From positions 6,974 to 70,973 of the forward strand of contig JBEKLN010000013.1 of the NCBI GenBank assembly GCA_050010175.1: a stretch of 64,000 nt of DNA, given 5' to 3'. Below are positions 55,936 to 64,000 of this stretch, piece after piece (the first letter of the stretch is position 1; each line of letters starts with the position of its first letter). The position numbers and the translations under genes are program-made. The notes under the pieces are model-generated. The model did no database searches, was not told where the DNA came from, and worked only from the letters and a program-made list of their open reading frames with translations. Source of the stretch: Rhizomicrobium sp. (lineage in GTDB: Bacteria; Pseudomonadota; Alphaproteobacteria; Micropepsales; Micropepsaceae).

Positions 55936-57519
55936 GTGAGGGATGAGGGGGCAGATCGCAGTCGCGCGGATCAGGCGCCGTCACCCAATGGCTGGAAACA
56001 TTTCGACCTTGCCGAACGCGCCGCGCGATTTGGTTATTGGCGCACGACGCTCGCCGACGGTAAAATGTTCTGGTCGGACGGTATGTACCGCCTTCTCGGC
56101 ATCGATCCTGCCTCGCAACCGCCGGACAGCGACTGGTTGCTCGACCAAATCAATCCGGACGACGTACGCGAACTCAGGCAACGCATCGCGGCTGCCGTCG
56201 AGAGCCGCTCGTCGTTCTGCTATCGCACCCGCGCAAAATCCGCCGACGCTGTGGCGCAGATCGTGGAGACGGTGGGAGAGGTTGATGTAGATCCCGACGG
56301 CTATGTCGTGGCCATCGTCGGCGTCTGCACCGATATTACGGCCCAGGTGACGGCCGAGGCCGAGCGTGAAATCGCAAAGGAGCGCTATCGCGTGATGGCG
56401 GAGGAAGCCTCCGACATCATCGTCCTGCACGAAAACGACCGCATCGTGTGCGCGTCCAGCGCACTGGAGCGGCTTCTTGGCCGCAAGCCGGAGGAGATGC
56501 AGCAGGGCCGCTATCTCGAACTTGTTCATCCCGACGATCTCGATGAAGCGTTGAAGGTGCGTGGACGTCCGCCCCCCGGCGAGACGCGCACGGCGGTGTA
56601 CCGCATACGGCACGCAGACGGGCAGTACATCTGGTTCGAAACCAGCACGCGGGGCGTCTATGACGAAACGACGGGCGAGTTCCTGAAGGAGATTGCGGTC
56701 GCGCGCGACGTAACGGAGCGCAAGGCACAGGAACTCGAGATGCGTGCAGCCCAGCTGAAGGCCGAGGCCGCCAACCGCGCCAAATCGCTTTTCCTTGCCA
56801 ATATGAGCCACGAACTGCGCACGCCGCTGAACGCGATCATGGGATTCTCAGACATGATGCGCCAGCATGTCTTCGGCGGCCTCGGAGACACGCGCTACGA
56901 CAGTTACGCGAATGAAATTCACAACTCCGCCAAGCTGCTGATGGAGCGCATTACCGACGTGCTCGAGATCGCCAACATCGAAGCCGGCATGCTCGAGTTG
57001 GAGATCGAGCCGGTCAGCCTGCGCGATGTCGTTGATGCGTGTACCCGGGAGGTTGGCGACGCGTTCCGCCAGCGGGCCATTTCCCTGGCGGGAGAGGTGG
57101 ATGAACCATGCATCGTGGCCGGCGATCGCCGCGCCTTGCGGCAGATTCTTCTTCAGTTGCTGTCCAATGCGCTTAAATTCACGGCCCCCGGCGGCCACGT
57201 TTCGGTAAGCGCACACCGTGCAGGCGGGTGCACGGTGCTGGTGGTGAGCGATGACGGGATCGGCATACCGGTCAGCGAGTTGCCGCGGCTGGGCCGGCCG
57301 TTCGAGCAGGTGTGCGCCGAGCGCTACCTCACCAAGAACGGTCAGGGACTTGGTCTGGCCCTTGTGCGGGCCCTTGTCGAAAAGCAGGGCGGCAGCTTCG
57401 CAATCCAAAGCGAGCCGGGAAAAGGTACGTGCATCAGGATCGAATTCGCGCCGCCCCTGCATCGATCCGGTGACGCGGCCGCATCGGCGCACGCGCCGTC
57501 GTTGCGCCGCGCCGGTTGA
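55936..57519 (+). CDS. PAS-PAS sensor histidine kinase, PleC/DivJ-like HisKA
   Basis: FLANMSHELRTPLNAIMGFS, QILLQLLSNALKFT, DDGIG, GLGLALV. Confidence 0.92.
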   Translation: MRDEGADRSRADQAPSPNGWKHFDLAERAARFGYWRTTLADGKMFWSDGMYRLLGIDPASQPPDSDWLLDQINPDDVRELRQRIAAAVESRSSFCYRTRAKSADAVAQIVETVGEVDVDPDGYVVAIVGVCTDITAQVTAEAEREIAKERYRVMAEEASDIIVLHENDRIVCASSALERLLGRKPEEMQQGRYLELVHPDDLDEALKVRGRPPPGETRTAVYRIRHADGQYIWFETSTRGVYDETTGEFLKEIAVARDVTERKAQELEMRAAQLKAEAANRAKSLFLANMSHELRTPLNAIMGFSDMMRQHVFGGLGDTRYDSYANEIHNSAKLLMERITDVLEIANIEAGMLELEIEPVSLRDVVDACTREVGDAFRQRAISLAGEVDEPCIVAGDRRALRQILLQLLSNALKFTAPGGHVSVSAHRAGGCTVLVVSDDGIGIPVSELPRLGRPFEQVCAERYLTKNGQGLGLALVRALVEKQGGSFAIQSEPGKGTCIRIEFAPPLHRSGDAAASAHAPSLRRAG

Positions 57520-57564
57520 AGATCGCCTATCTGCGGCGACAGGCATGCGCGACGGCGGCGAGCT

Positions 57565-59295
57565 TCAGGCGGCCAGCGATTTCAGCCCGGTCTCGGGCGC
57601 GATTCCCGCCTTCTCGAGCATCTGCATCAGGCTCGCCATTGCGGAGTCGGCGTCGGATTGGCCGGTCGATCGCGCCAGCTGGGAAACATAGGCGGTGAAA
57701 AAGCCCGGCTGCGCCAGCTGAGCCAGCACGAGCGCGCGGGCTTTTTCGGCGAGACGGCCTTCCGTGAACGTGCCGGCGGCGAAGAGCTTCAGGAAGGCGA
57801 CGGCCCTCTCGACGGGCGTGGCGGTTTTCTCGTCGATCGCGTGCAGCAGTTTCGCACGCGCTTCGGCTTCAACGGCCAGACGATCGAGATGACCGGCAAG
57901 CTCGTCGCGCTGGCGCTCCGGAAAGGCGGAGCGGCGCACGCGGGTCTGAAGCTCGGCCAGGCGCTTCAATCGCGTCAGCACGGGAGATTTCGGTGCCAGG
58001 AATTGTGCTTCGAATGTGGCGCTCGTCAGGATGGGAAGCACGAACGCCGCCAGCTGGCGCTTGTTTTCGGCGCCGACGAGATTCTCCTCGATCAGCAGCA
58101 GACGCTCGAGCTTCTCGTCGGGCAGGGTAGCTTCCGCAAGATGCTCGGCGACGGATTCGTGTGCCACGATTCGCCGGGAGCGCAACGTGAAGGCGGCGAT
58201 GAGTTCTTCGTGGCTGAGGTATTTGCCCTGACCGAGAACGAGCCGGTTGGCAATCTGGCGCAGCAGCCTGAGTTCGTCCTGCAACGACGCCGGACACAGC
58301 CGTCGCATGCTGCGTAATTCCGCAACGATTCGGCATGCAACGGCGGTACGCGAATCCGGCAGCATGTCGGCCGCGAAGTGACGCGCAAGCGCCGACAATG
58401 GCGTGGCCTGGTCCTCCACCGCAGAACGGCTGAGAAACAGTTCGATGAGCACCATCAGCGCCTCGCCGAGATTTTCGGTTTCGCCGATCAATTCGTGCAG
58501 GGCGGCAGCGCTGCCGAGGATTTCCGCGATGAGCGCGTCGACGACGCCCAGAAGCAGCGTGCGACCCGCGCCGTCCGCCGGCGCCTCGTTGACCATCGCG
58601 AGCAGAATCAGCAGTTTCTCGTTCCAGCTTTGTGCCTCCGCCAGCACGCGGGCAATTGTTCCATTGAGTTGATAGGCGCCGTCGCCCGCTGCGGAGAGTT
58701 TCTTCGCGAGCGCACCGAACTCGCCCGGCCTGCCGGCGGGAAAATAGCCGCGCCGCGTGTCGCGATAGACGCGATGAACGCTGCGCTCGGTCAGTTCGTT
58801 CAGGCCCTTGATGATGTGCGCCACGGGGGTCGACGTCGACGACGCCTGTGCGATGGCGATCTTCTGGATGGCGTGCTGGTAGATGGTGCCGGTCGCTTCG
58901 AGCCTTTCCAGCGCATCGGCGCGATGGATGAGTTCCGTCACCGTCAACTTATGGCGCGACAGATATTCGTGCAGCAGCCGCGCCATGGTCGCGCGCGCGT
59001 GATAGGAATAGAGATCGTCGGGCTTGAAGCAGGGCAACGCGTGCGGCACGTCTTCCGCTGCCGCGTCTACTTTGTGCTTGGTGTGGCCGTCTTCGAATAT
59101 CTTGAGCGACAGGTACTCGCCCGTGTCCGGCCAGTAGGTTTCTTTGACGACCTTGACGCCGGTCGCCTTCTCTCCGGCCATGAGGTCTTCGGCCATCGCG
59201 AGCGCAGCCTCGCGCTTGACGGCGACATCGTGCAGCGTCCAGCCGCCCTTCGAACCGAGCCGGCGAAAGATTTCGTAGTGTATTTCCTGGGCCAT
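57565..59295 (-). CDS. Conserved hypothetical helical protein (~576 aa)
   Basis: Long ORF with typical codon usage; MAQEIHYEIFRR...VKVVKET; start could be 59313. Confidence 0.8.
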   Translation of the reverse strand: MAQEIHYEIFRRLGSKGGWTLHDVAVKREAALAMAEDLMAGEKATGVKVVKETYWPDTGEYLSLKIFEDGHTKHKVDAAAEDVPHALPCFKPDDLYSYHARATMARLLHEYLSRHKLTVTELIHRADALERLEATGTIYQHAIQKIAIAQASSTSTPVAHIIKGLNELTERSVHRVYRDTRRGYFPAGRPGEFGALAKKLSAAGDGAYQLNGTIARVLAEAQSWNEKLLILLAMVNEAPADGAGRTLLLGVVDALIAEILGSAAALHELIGETENLGEALMVLIELFLSRSAVEDQATPLSALARHFAADMLPDSRTAVACRIVAELRSMRRLCPASLQDELRLLRQIANRLVLGQGKYLSHEELIAAFTLRSRRIVAHESVAEHLAEATLPDEKLERLLLIEENLVGAENKRQLAAFVLPILTSATFEAQFLAPKSPVLTRLKRLAELQTRVRRSAFPERQRDELAGHLDRLAVEAEARAKLLHAIDEKTATPVERAVAFLKLFAAGTFTEGRLAEKARALVLAQLAQPGFFTAYVSQLARSTGQSDADSAMASLMQMLEKAGIAPETGLKSLAA

Positions 59296-59343
59296 CGGCG
59301 CCCGTTGCTCCATTCGGGCGTCCACAGTGTCTTCCGATTAGAT

Positions 59344-59358
59344 TTAAACAGGCGTTAA
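59344..59358. promoter_or_regulatory. Perfect CtrA box overlapping the moeB stop codon
   Basis: TTAA-ACAGGCG-TTAA. Confidence 0.65.
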
Positions 59359-60135
59359 GCCGGTAATCGTCGGGTTACCACCGCATAAACCACACGCAGG
59401 ATCGGGTGGCACGGATACGGTCCGGAATCGCGTTGCCAGTGCATCGTAGATCAGCAGCCGGCCGGCCATGCTGTCGCCCAGCCCCAGGATTTCCTTGAGC
59501 ACTTCGAGCGCCTGAAGCGTGCCCATGACCCCGGCGGCCGCCCCCAAGATGCCGGTCTCCGAGCAGGAGGGCGTGGATCCGGGCGGCGGCGGTTCGGGAA
59601 ACAGACAACGGTAGCAGGGAAACGCGCCTGTCCGGTCGTAGGCCTTGAAGACCGCCAGCTGGCCGTCGAACTCGGTGACGGCAGCCGAGACCAACGTCTT
59701 GCTGGCGAAAAAGCAGGCATCGGCAACGAGGAAGCGGGTCACAAAATTGTCCGAACCGTCGGCGACCAGATCGTAATGCCGTACAAGCTCCATCACGTTT
59801 TCCGGCCCGACGCGCACGGTATGGGGTTCGATCCGTATGCCGGGATTGAGCGCCTGCACGGCGTCTCTCGCCGAGTCCGTCTTCAGTCGTCCGACGTCCG
59901 AGGTCCGGTGGGCGATCTGCCGCTGCAGGTTGGAGAGCGAGACATGGTCGAAATCGGCCACACCGATCGTGCCGACCCCTGCCGCCGCAAGATAAAGGAT
60001 CAACGGGCTGCCGAGCCCGCCCGCTCCGATCGCCAGCACGCGAGCACATTTCAACTTCGCCTGGCCGGCGCCGCCCACCTCCCGAAGCACGATATGCCGG
60101 GCGTAGCGGTCGAGCTCGTCGTCGGAAAGCGCCAT
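59344..60135 (-). CDS. moeB: MoeB/ThiF-family adenylyltransferase
   Basis: RYARHIVL, GAGGLGS, SNLQRQ, CYRC, CGLC. Confidence 0.92.
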   Translation of the reverse strand: MALSDDELDRYARHIVLREVGGAGQAKLKCARVLAIGAGGLGSPLILYLAAAGVGTIGVADFDHVSLSNLQRQIAHRTSDVGRLKTDSARDAVQALNPGIRIEPHTVRVGPENVMELVRHYDLVADGSDNFVTRFLVADACFFASKTLVSAAVTEFDGQLAVFKAYDRTGAFPCYRCLFPEPPPPGSTPSCSETGILGAAAGVMGTLQALEVLKEILGLGDSMAGRLLIYDALATRFRTVSVPPDPACGLCGGNPTITGLTPV

Positions 60136-60317
60136 AAGGCCTTGCACCCTGGCCGCCGGATGCGGCAATGGGTCTTTAGCATAAGGGGAGGATCGGGTTG
60201 CCTTTTTCGGCTGCCGATGCCGATTCCTTGCGAGGCAGACCGGCGGAAGCGTATCCTGCCCGGACGGTGGGGACGAGCCGGCCCATACGAAGCACGGCGA
60301 TTTTGACGGGAGCGATC

Positions 60318-61934
60318 ATGTCTCAGGACGGGCGGCATCCGAGCGCCCATGGCCTTGAAGGCCAGGGGTTCCGCAATCTCAAGGCCGCGCACTGGAATTT
60401 CACTGCCGCCGAGCTTTACGAGCGTGCCGTCGCGCTGGGCGAAGGCCATGTCGCAAAGAACGGTCCGATCGTCGTCCTCACAGGCCAGCACACCGGCCGC
60501 TCTGCGTCCGACAAATTCGTCGTGCGCGACGCCTCGACCGACGCCCACATCTGGTGGGACAACAACAAGGCGATGTCGCCTGCGCATTTCGAGGCGCTGT
60601 TCCAGTCGATGATGTCCTATGCGCAAGGCCATGAGCTGTTCGTGCAGGATCTCTTCGGCGGCGCCGATCCCGTCCATCGCCTGGCCGTCCGCGTCGTCAC
60701 CGAATATGCCTGGCACGCGCTCTTCATCCAGCATCTGCTGATCGAACCGAATGCCGGCCAGCGCGACGGCTTCAATCCCGAATTCACGATCATCGATCTT
60801 CCCGGCTTCCAGGCCGATCCGAAAGTCCATGGCAGCGAGACCGGCACGGTCATCGCCGTGAACTTCGCAAAGAAGCTCGTGCTGATCGGCGGCACATCCT
60901 ATGCGGGCGAGATGAAGAAATCCGTCTTCACGATCCTCAACTATCTGCTGCCGCCCAAACGCGTCATGCCGATGCATTGCTCGGCCAATGTGGGGAAGAA
61001 CCGCGACGCGGCGATCTTCTTCGGCCTGTCGGGAACCGGAAAAACCACGCTCTCCGCTGACGCCACGCGCACGCTTGTCGGCGATGACGAGCATGGCTGG
61101 TCGGAAAACGGCGTCTTCAATTTCGAAGGCGGCTGCTACGCCAAGGTGATCAAGCTCTCCGCCGAAGCCGAGCCCGAGATTTACGCCACGACGCAACGCT
61201 TCGGCACGGTGCTCGAAAACGTCGTGATGGACCCCAACACACGCGAGCTCGATCTCGACGACGGCCGCTATACGGAGAATACCCGCGCGGCCTATCCGAT
61301 CGATTACATTCCGAACGCCTCGACCAGGGGCACGGCGCCGCATCCGAAGAACGTCATCATGTTGACGGCCGATGCCTTCGGCGTGTTGCCGCCGATTTCG
61401 AAGCTCACGCCGAGCCAGGCGATGTATCATTTTCTCTCCGGCTTCACCGCGAAAGTCGCCGGCACCGAGAAGGGTCTGGGCAAGGAACCGCAGCCCACGT
61501 TCTCAACCTGTTTCGGCGCGCCGTTCATGCCGCGCCATCCCTCCGAATACGGCAATCTGCTGCGCGATCTCATCGCCCAGCATCGGGCCGATTGCTGGCT
61601 CGTCAACACGGGCTGGACGGGCGGCGCGTTCGGCGTGGGCTCGCGCATGCCGATCAGGGCGACGCGTGCGCTGCTTGCAGCCGCGCTCGACGGCACGCTT
61701 GCCAATGTCGAGATGCGCATCGATCCGCATTTCCGCTTCCGCGTGCCGGTCTCCGTACCGAACGTCGATGCGACGATATTGAACCCGCGCGATACCTGGG
61801 CCGACAAGGCGGCGTACGACGCGCAGGCGAAGAAGCTTGTGTCCATGTTCCGCGATAATTTCCGCAAGTTCGAAGCCCATGTCGGCGCGGACGTCCTTCA
61901 GGCGGCGCCCCAGCTGGCTGAGGCTGCGGAGTAG
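60318..61934 (+). CDS. pckA: Phosphoenolpyruvate carboxykinase (ATP)
   Basis: [50 protein letters not shown]. Confidence 0.97.
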   Translation: MSQDGRHPSAHGLEGQGFRNLKAAHWNFTAAELYERAVALGEGHVAKNGPIVVLTGQHTGRSASDKFVVRDASTDAHIWWDNNKAMSPAHFEALFQSMMSYAQGHELFVQDLFGGADPVHRLAVRVVTEYAWHALFIQHLLIEPNAGQRDGFNPEFTIIDLPGFQADPKVHGSETGTVIAVNFAKKLVLIGGTSYAGEMKKSVFTILNYLLPPKRVMPMHCSANVGKNRDAAIFFGLSGTGKTTLSADATRTLVGDDEHGWSENGVFNFEGGCYAKVIKLSAEAEPEIYATTQRFGTVLENVVMDPNTRELDLDDGRYTENTRAAYPIDYIPNASTRGTAPHPKNVIMLTADAFGVLPPISKLTPSQAMYHFLSGFTAKVAGTEKGLGKEPQPTFSTCFGAPFMPRHPSEYGNLLRDLIAQHRADCWLVNTGWTGGAFGVGSRMPIRATRALLAAALDGTLANVEMRIDPHFRFRVPVSVPNVDATILNPRDTWADKAAYDAQAKKLVSMFRDNFRKFEAHVGADVLQAAPQLAEAAE

Positions 61935-62028
61935 CCCGTCTTTCCGTTTGAAATGAGATGCAGCGGGGCATTGAAGACCGCGGCTCATTCGTGCGATAGT
62001 CGAGGAAGACGTTTCGGAATTGTCTTCC

Positions 62029-62298
62029 ATGAGTGCCCTCAACATCAAGGATGCCGAAGTCGCGAAGAAGGCCAGGCGGCTGGCGAAACTCAAGCGCACG
62101 ACGATCACTGCAGCCGTTTCGCAGGCGCTCGACGAGAGCCTTCGGGTTGCTCAATGCCAGACAGCGGCGGCCCACGACGCACGGGAGCGGGTGGTTGACG
62201 AGATCGTCAAACGCTTCAGAGCCGGGTTGAAGCACGCCACAAAAAAGCCATCGCAGATCATTGCCGAGATGTACGACGAAAACGGTCTCCCGCGTTGA
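62029..62298 (+). CDS. vapB: VapB-type antitoxin
   Basis: MSALNIKDAEVAKKARRLAKLKRTTITAAVSQAL; overlaps vapC. Confidence 0.85.
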   Translation: MSALNIKDAEVAKKARRLAKLKRTTITAAVSQALDESLRVAQCQTAAAHDARERVVDEIVKRFRAGLKHATKKPSQIIAEMYDENGLPR

Positions 62299-62684
62299 TC
62301 GCCGTTGATACATCCGCACTTGTTGCAATTCTGTGGAGCGAACCCGAGTCGGATGGCCTGCGCGCCAAACTCGCTGATGCGAGCGGAGCAATCATTTCGG
62401 CCGGTTCAGTTTTCGAGTTGCAGCTTGTCCTGGCGAGATTGGGCGCCGCTGCAAACTGGGACCAAGTCGAGGCTCTGTTGAATGCCTATGGAATCACCAT
62501 CAGGCCGTTCGACGATGACCAGTTGCGGATAGCGCGTGGAGCCGCACTCCGCTTCGGAAGGGGACGGCACAGGGCGGCTCTCAATTTTGGCGATTGCTTT
62601 GCTTATGCGCTGGCGCGCTCGGAGAATGCCAAACTTCTCTGCACGGGCAACGATTTCGCGCAAACGGACATCGCCATTTCGTGA
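62295..62684 (+). CDS. vapC: VapC PIN-domain toxin
   Basis: AVDTSALVAIL, FEL, LNFGDCFAYALA, TGNDF. Confidence 0.93.
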   Translation: MIAVDTSALVAILWSEPESDGLRAKLADASGAIISAGSVFELQLVLARLGAAANWDQVEALLNAYGITIRPFDDDQLRIARGAALRFGRGRHRAALNFGDCFAYALARSENAKLLCTGNDFAQTDIAIS

Positions 62685-62751
62685 ACCGCGACGTCACCCA
62701 AGGACCGCGCGCATCTTGCGCGCCCGCGCTCCCCGGGAAACGCCGCCGCCC

Positions 62752-63138
62752 TCAATAATCGCATTGCGTCGAGGAGCTGCCGTCGGCGCCGTGGCTGATC
62801 GCCGGATATTTGCCGGAGAGGAACGCCTTGCACGTCAATCCGTCCGTACCGACGGTGACCTTCTCCATGTGGCTGAGATGGGCGCCGGCTGCCAGCGGTG
62901 CGGTGAGCGCGAAGCAGTCATACTGTTGGCCGTTGGGTTTCGCAGTGATGTAGAGATTGACGATCGTCTCCGCCGGCAACGCCGCTTTCGTCGTGTTCCG
63001 GATATCGAGCATGTGATCCTGCGCCATCGACTGGCCGAAGGTGCACGGCAGCGTCGCCTTGATTTGCGGCGCCGCCGACGCGGACGCACAGCAGACGGCC
63101 GCGATTGCGGTCGTTGCAACGAGAATCGTGATGCGCAT
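62752..63138 (-). CDS. Secreted Cys-containing hypothetical protein
   Basis: Signal peptide MRITILVATTAIAAVCCASASA; four mature Cys. Confidence 0.7.
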   Translation of the reverse strand: MRITILVATTAIAAVCCASASAAPQIKATLPCTFGQSMAQDHMLDIRNTTKAALPAETIVNLYITAKPNGQQYDCFALTAPLAAGAHLSHMEKVTVGTDGLTCKAFLSGKYPAISHGADGSSSTQCDY

Positions 63139-63254
63139 GTCTGGTCCCCCGGGTGAAGCGCGAGGGCGCGAGTCTGGACCGGTTTGCCGATTCGCGAAAG
63201 GGGCGGGAGCAATGACCTGGTGGTTAGAATCCGACTCCTGGTGCCCACCCCCAA

Positions 63255-63388
63255 TTGTCATGGCCCGCGACTGCGGGCCACCCAGTTTGGTCTCCGCGAT
63301 ATGGAGTTTCGGCGCGGACTGTGCGTAACAATGGTCGAAATCAGTGGGTTGAATCACCTGGGTGGCCCGCAGTCGCGGGCCATGACAA
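63255..63388. repeat. Inverted REP doublet (REPIN/BIME-like)
   Basis: TTGTCATGGCCCGCGACTGCGGGCCACCCAG (63255-85) and its exact reverse complement (63358-88). Confidence 0.85.
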
Positions 63389-63672
63389 ATAATAAGTGGG
63401 ACGCGAGTGTCAGGGTCCTTCCACCAGAGTGCGACAACTGGCTTGCACGACCACTGTCTGTCCTTCGACAAGGATCGGCAGATTGGAGCTTGAATCAATG
63501 CCGATGGCGCCAAGACTCCCCTCGTGCTGAGTCTGCCCGTCTTCGCTGAAGCTGCGCCGGGTTTGCAATTCGCTGCGTTCGCCGAAGCCGTGGTGAAGGC
63601 GGATCGAAGCACGCATCATGGTGCTCCATGTCGCGTAGCTGAAATTCTCATAGGCGATAGCCCCCACCCATT

Positions 63673-63999
63673 CTACCGCGACAATTCGCAGATCCAGTTG
63701 ACTTCCCAGCTTTTGCCGCCATCGGGCGAGAAGGCTTGCTCCATCCGCGCGGCCTGAGGCGAAATATCGAGCCACATGTAGCGCACGAGGATCGCGCGGC
63801 CCGCCCAGACTTCCTGGTCGTAGAACTCTCCGCGCCTGCCCGTGAACTGGCCGGTCACCGGCGGCAGTCCGAGAGTGCCCGCGTCGAGATCGACGAGATA
63901 GATCGACCATTGGTGCGAGACGGGATTGTAGAGCCTGAGCGTCTGCGCCTTGATGCGCAGCTTTTTGTCGGCGCTGCGGACGTCGAACTCCTCGAAATT
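63673..63999 (-). CDS. 3' part of a DUF1579-like protein entering from the right edge
   Basis: LRLYNPVSHQWSIY...GEFYDQE...MEQAFSPDGGKSWEVNW. Confidence 0.75.
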   Translation of the reverse strand, partial: NFEEFDVRSADKKLRIKAQTLRLYNPVSHQWSIYLVDLDAGTLGLPPVTGQFTGRRGEFYDQEVWAGRAILVRYMWLDISPQAARMEQAFSPDGGKSWEVNWICELSR

Positions 64000-64000
64000 C

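Noticed and set aside
63410-63670. Possible small ORF between the REP and the DUF1579-like gene
   Set aside because: No clear start, RBS or motif in any frame
1-64000. tRNA/rRNA genes, prophage or integrase
   Set aside because: None recognised; the only mobile elements seen are the IS630 and the REP doublet

Overview
High-GC alphaproteobacterial chromosomal segment. The regulatory motifs look Caulobacter-like (CtrA boxes, sigma54 promoters, ftr-like enhancers); a Rhizomicrobium/Micropepsales-like host is only a guess. About 1-28.3 kb is a flagellar and flagellin-glycosylation island: flgI-flgJ-FlgN/FlbY-like, flaY, two FlmG-type TPR-glycosyltransferases, two flagellins, flbT-flaF and pseudaminic-acid-type genes (pseB, pseC, a short pseI/neuB, a SpsF/PseF-PseG fusion). 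No PseH-type acetyltransferase is present. Instead a tightly packed tailoring operon encodes a sulfotransferase, SAM methyltransferase, split transketolase, SDR, ATP-grasp ligase and GH57-like hydrolase. This is the best candidate for an undescribed system: a flagellin nonulosonate with an unusual acyl, methyl and/or sulfate decoration. At 28.4-34.5 kb is a complete type II-C CRISPR-Cas9 locus (21 repeats, 20 spacers, cas2-cas1-cas9, tracrRNA). The rest holds a cp-ATP-grasp/alpha-E/transglutaminase triad, TetR plus carotenoid-oxygenase-family gene, alpha-2-macroglobulin, an IS630 splitting a secreted-protein gene, two CoA transferases, polA, a PAS histidine kinase, moeB, pckA, vapBC and a REP doublet. 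All product calls come from visual motif recognition; no database search was run.
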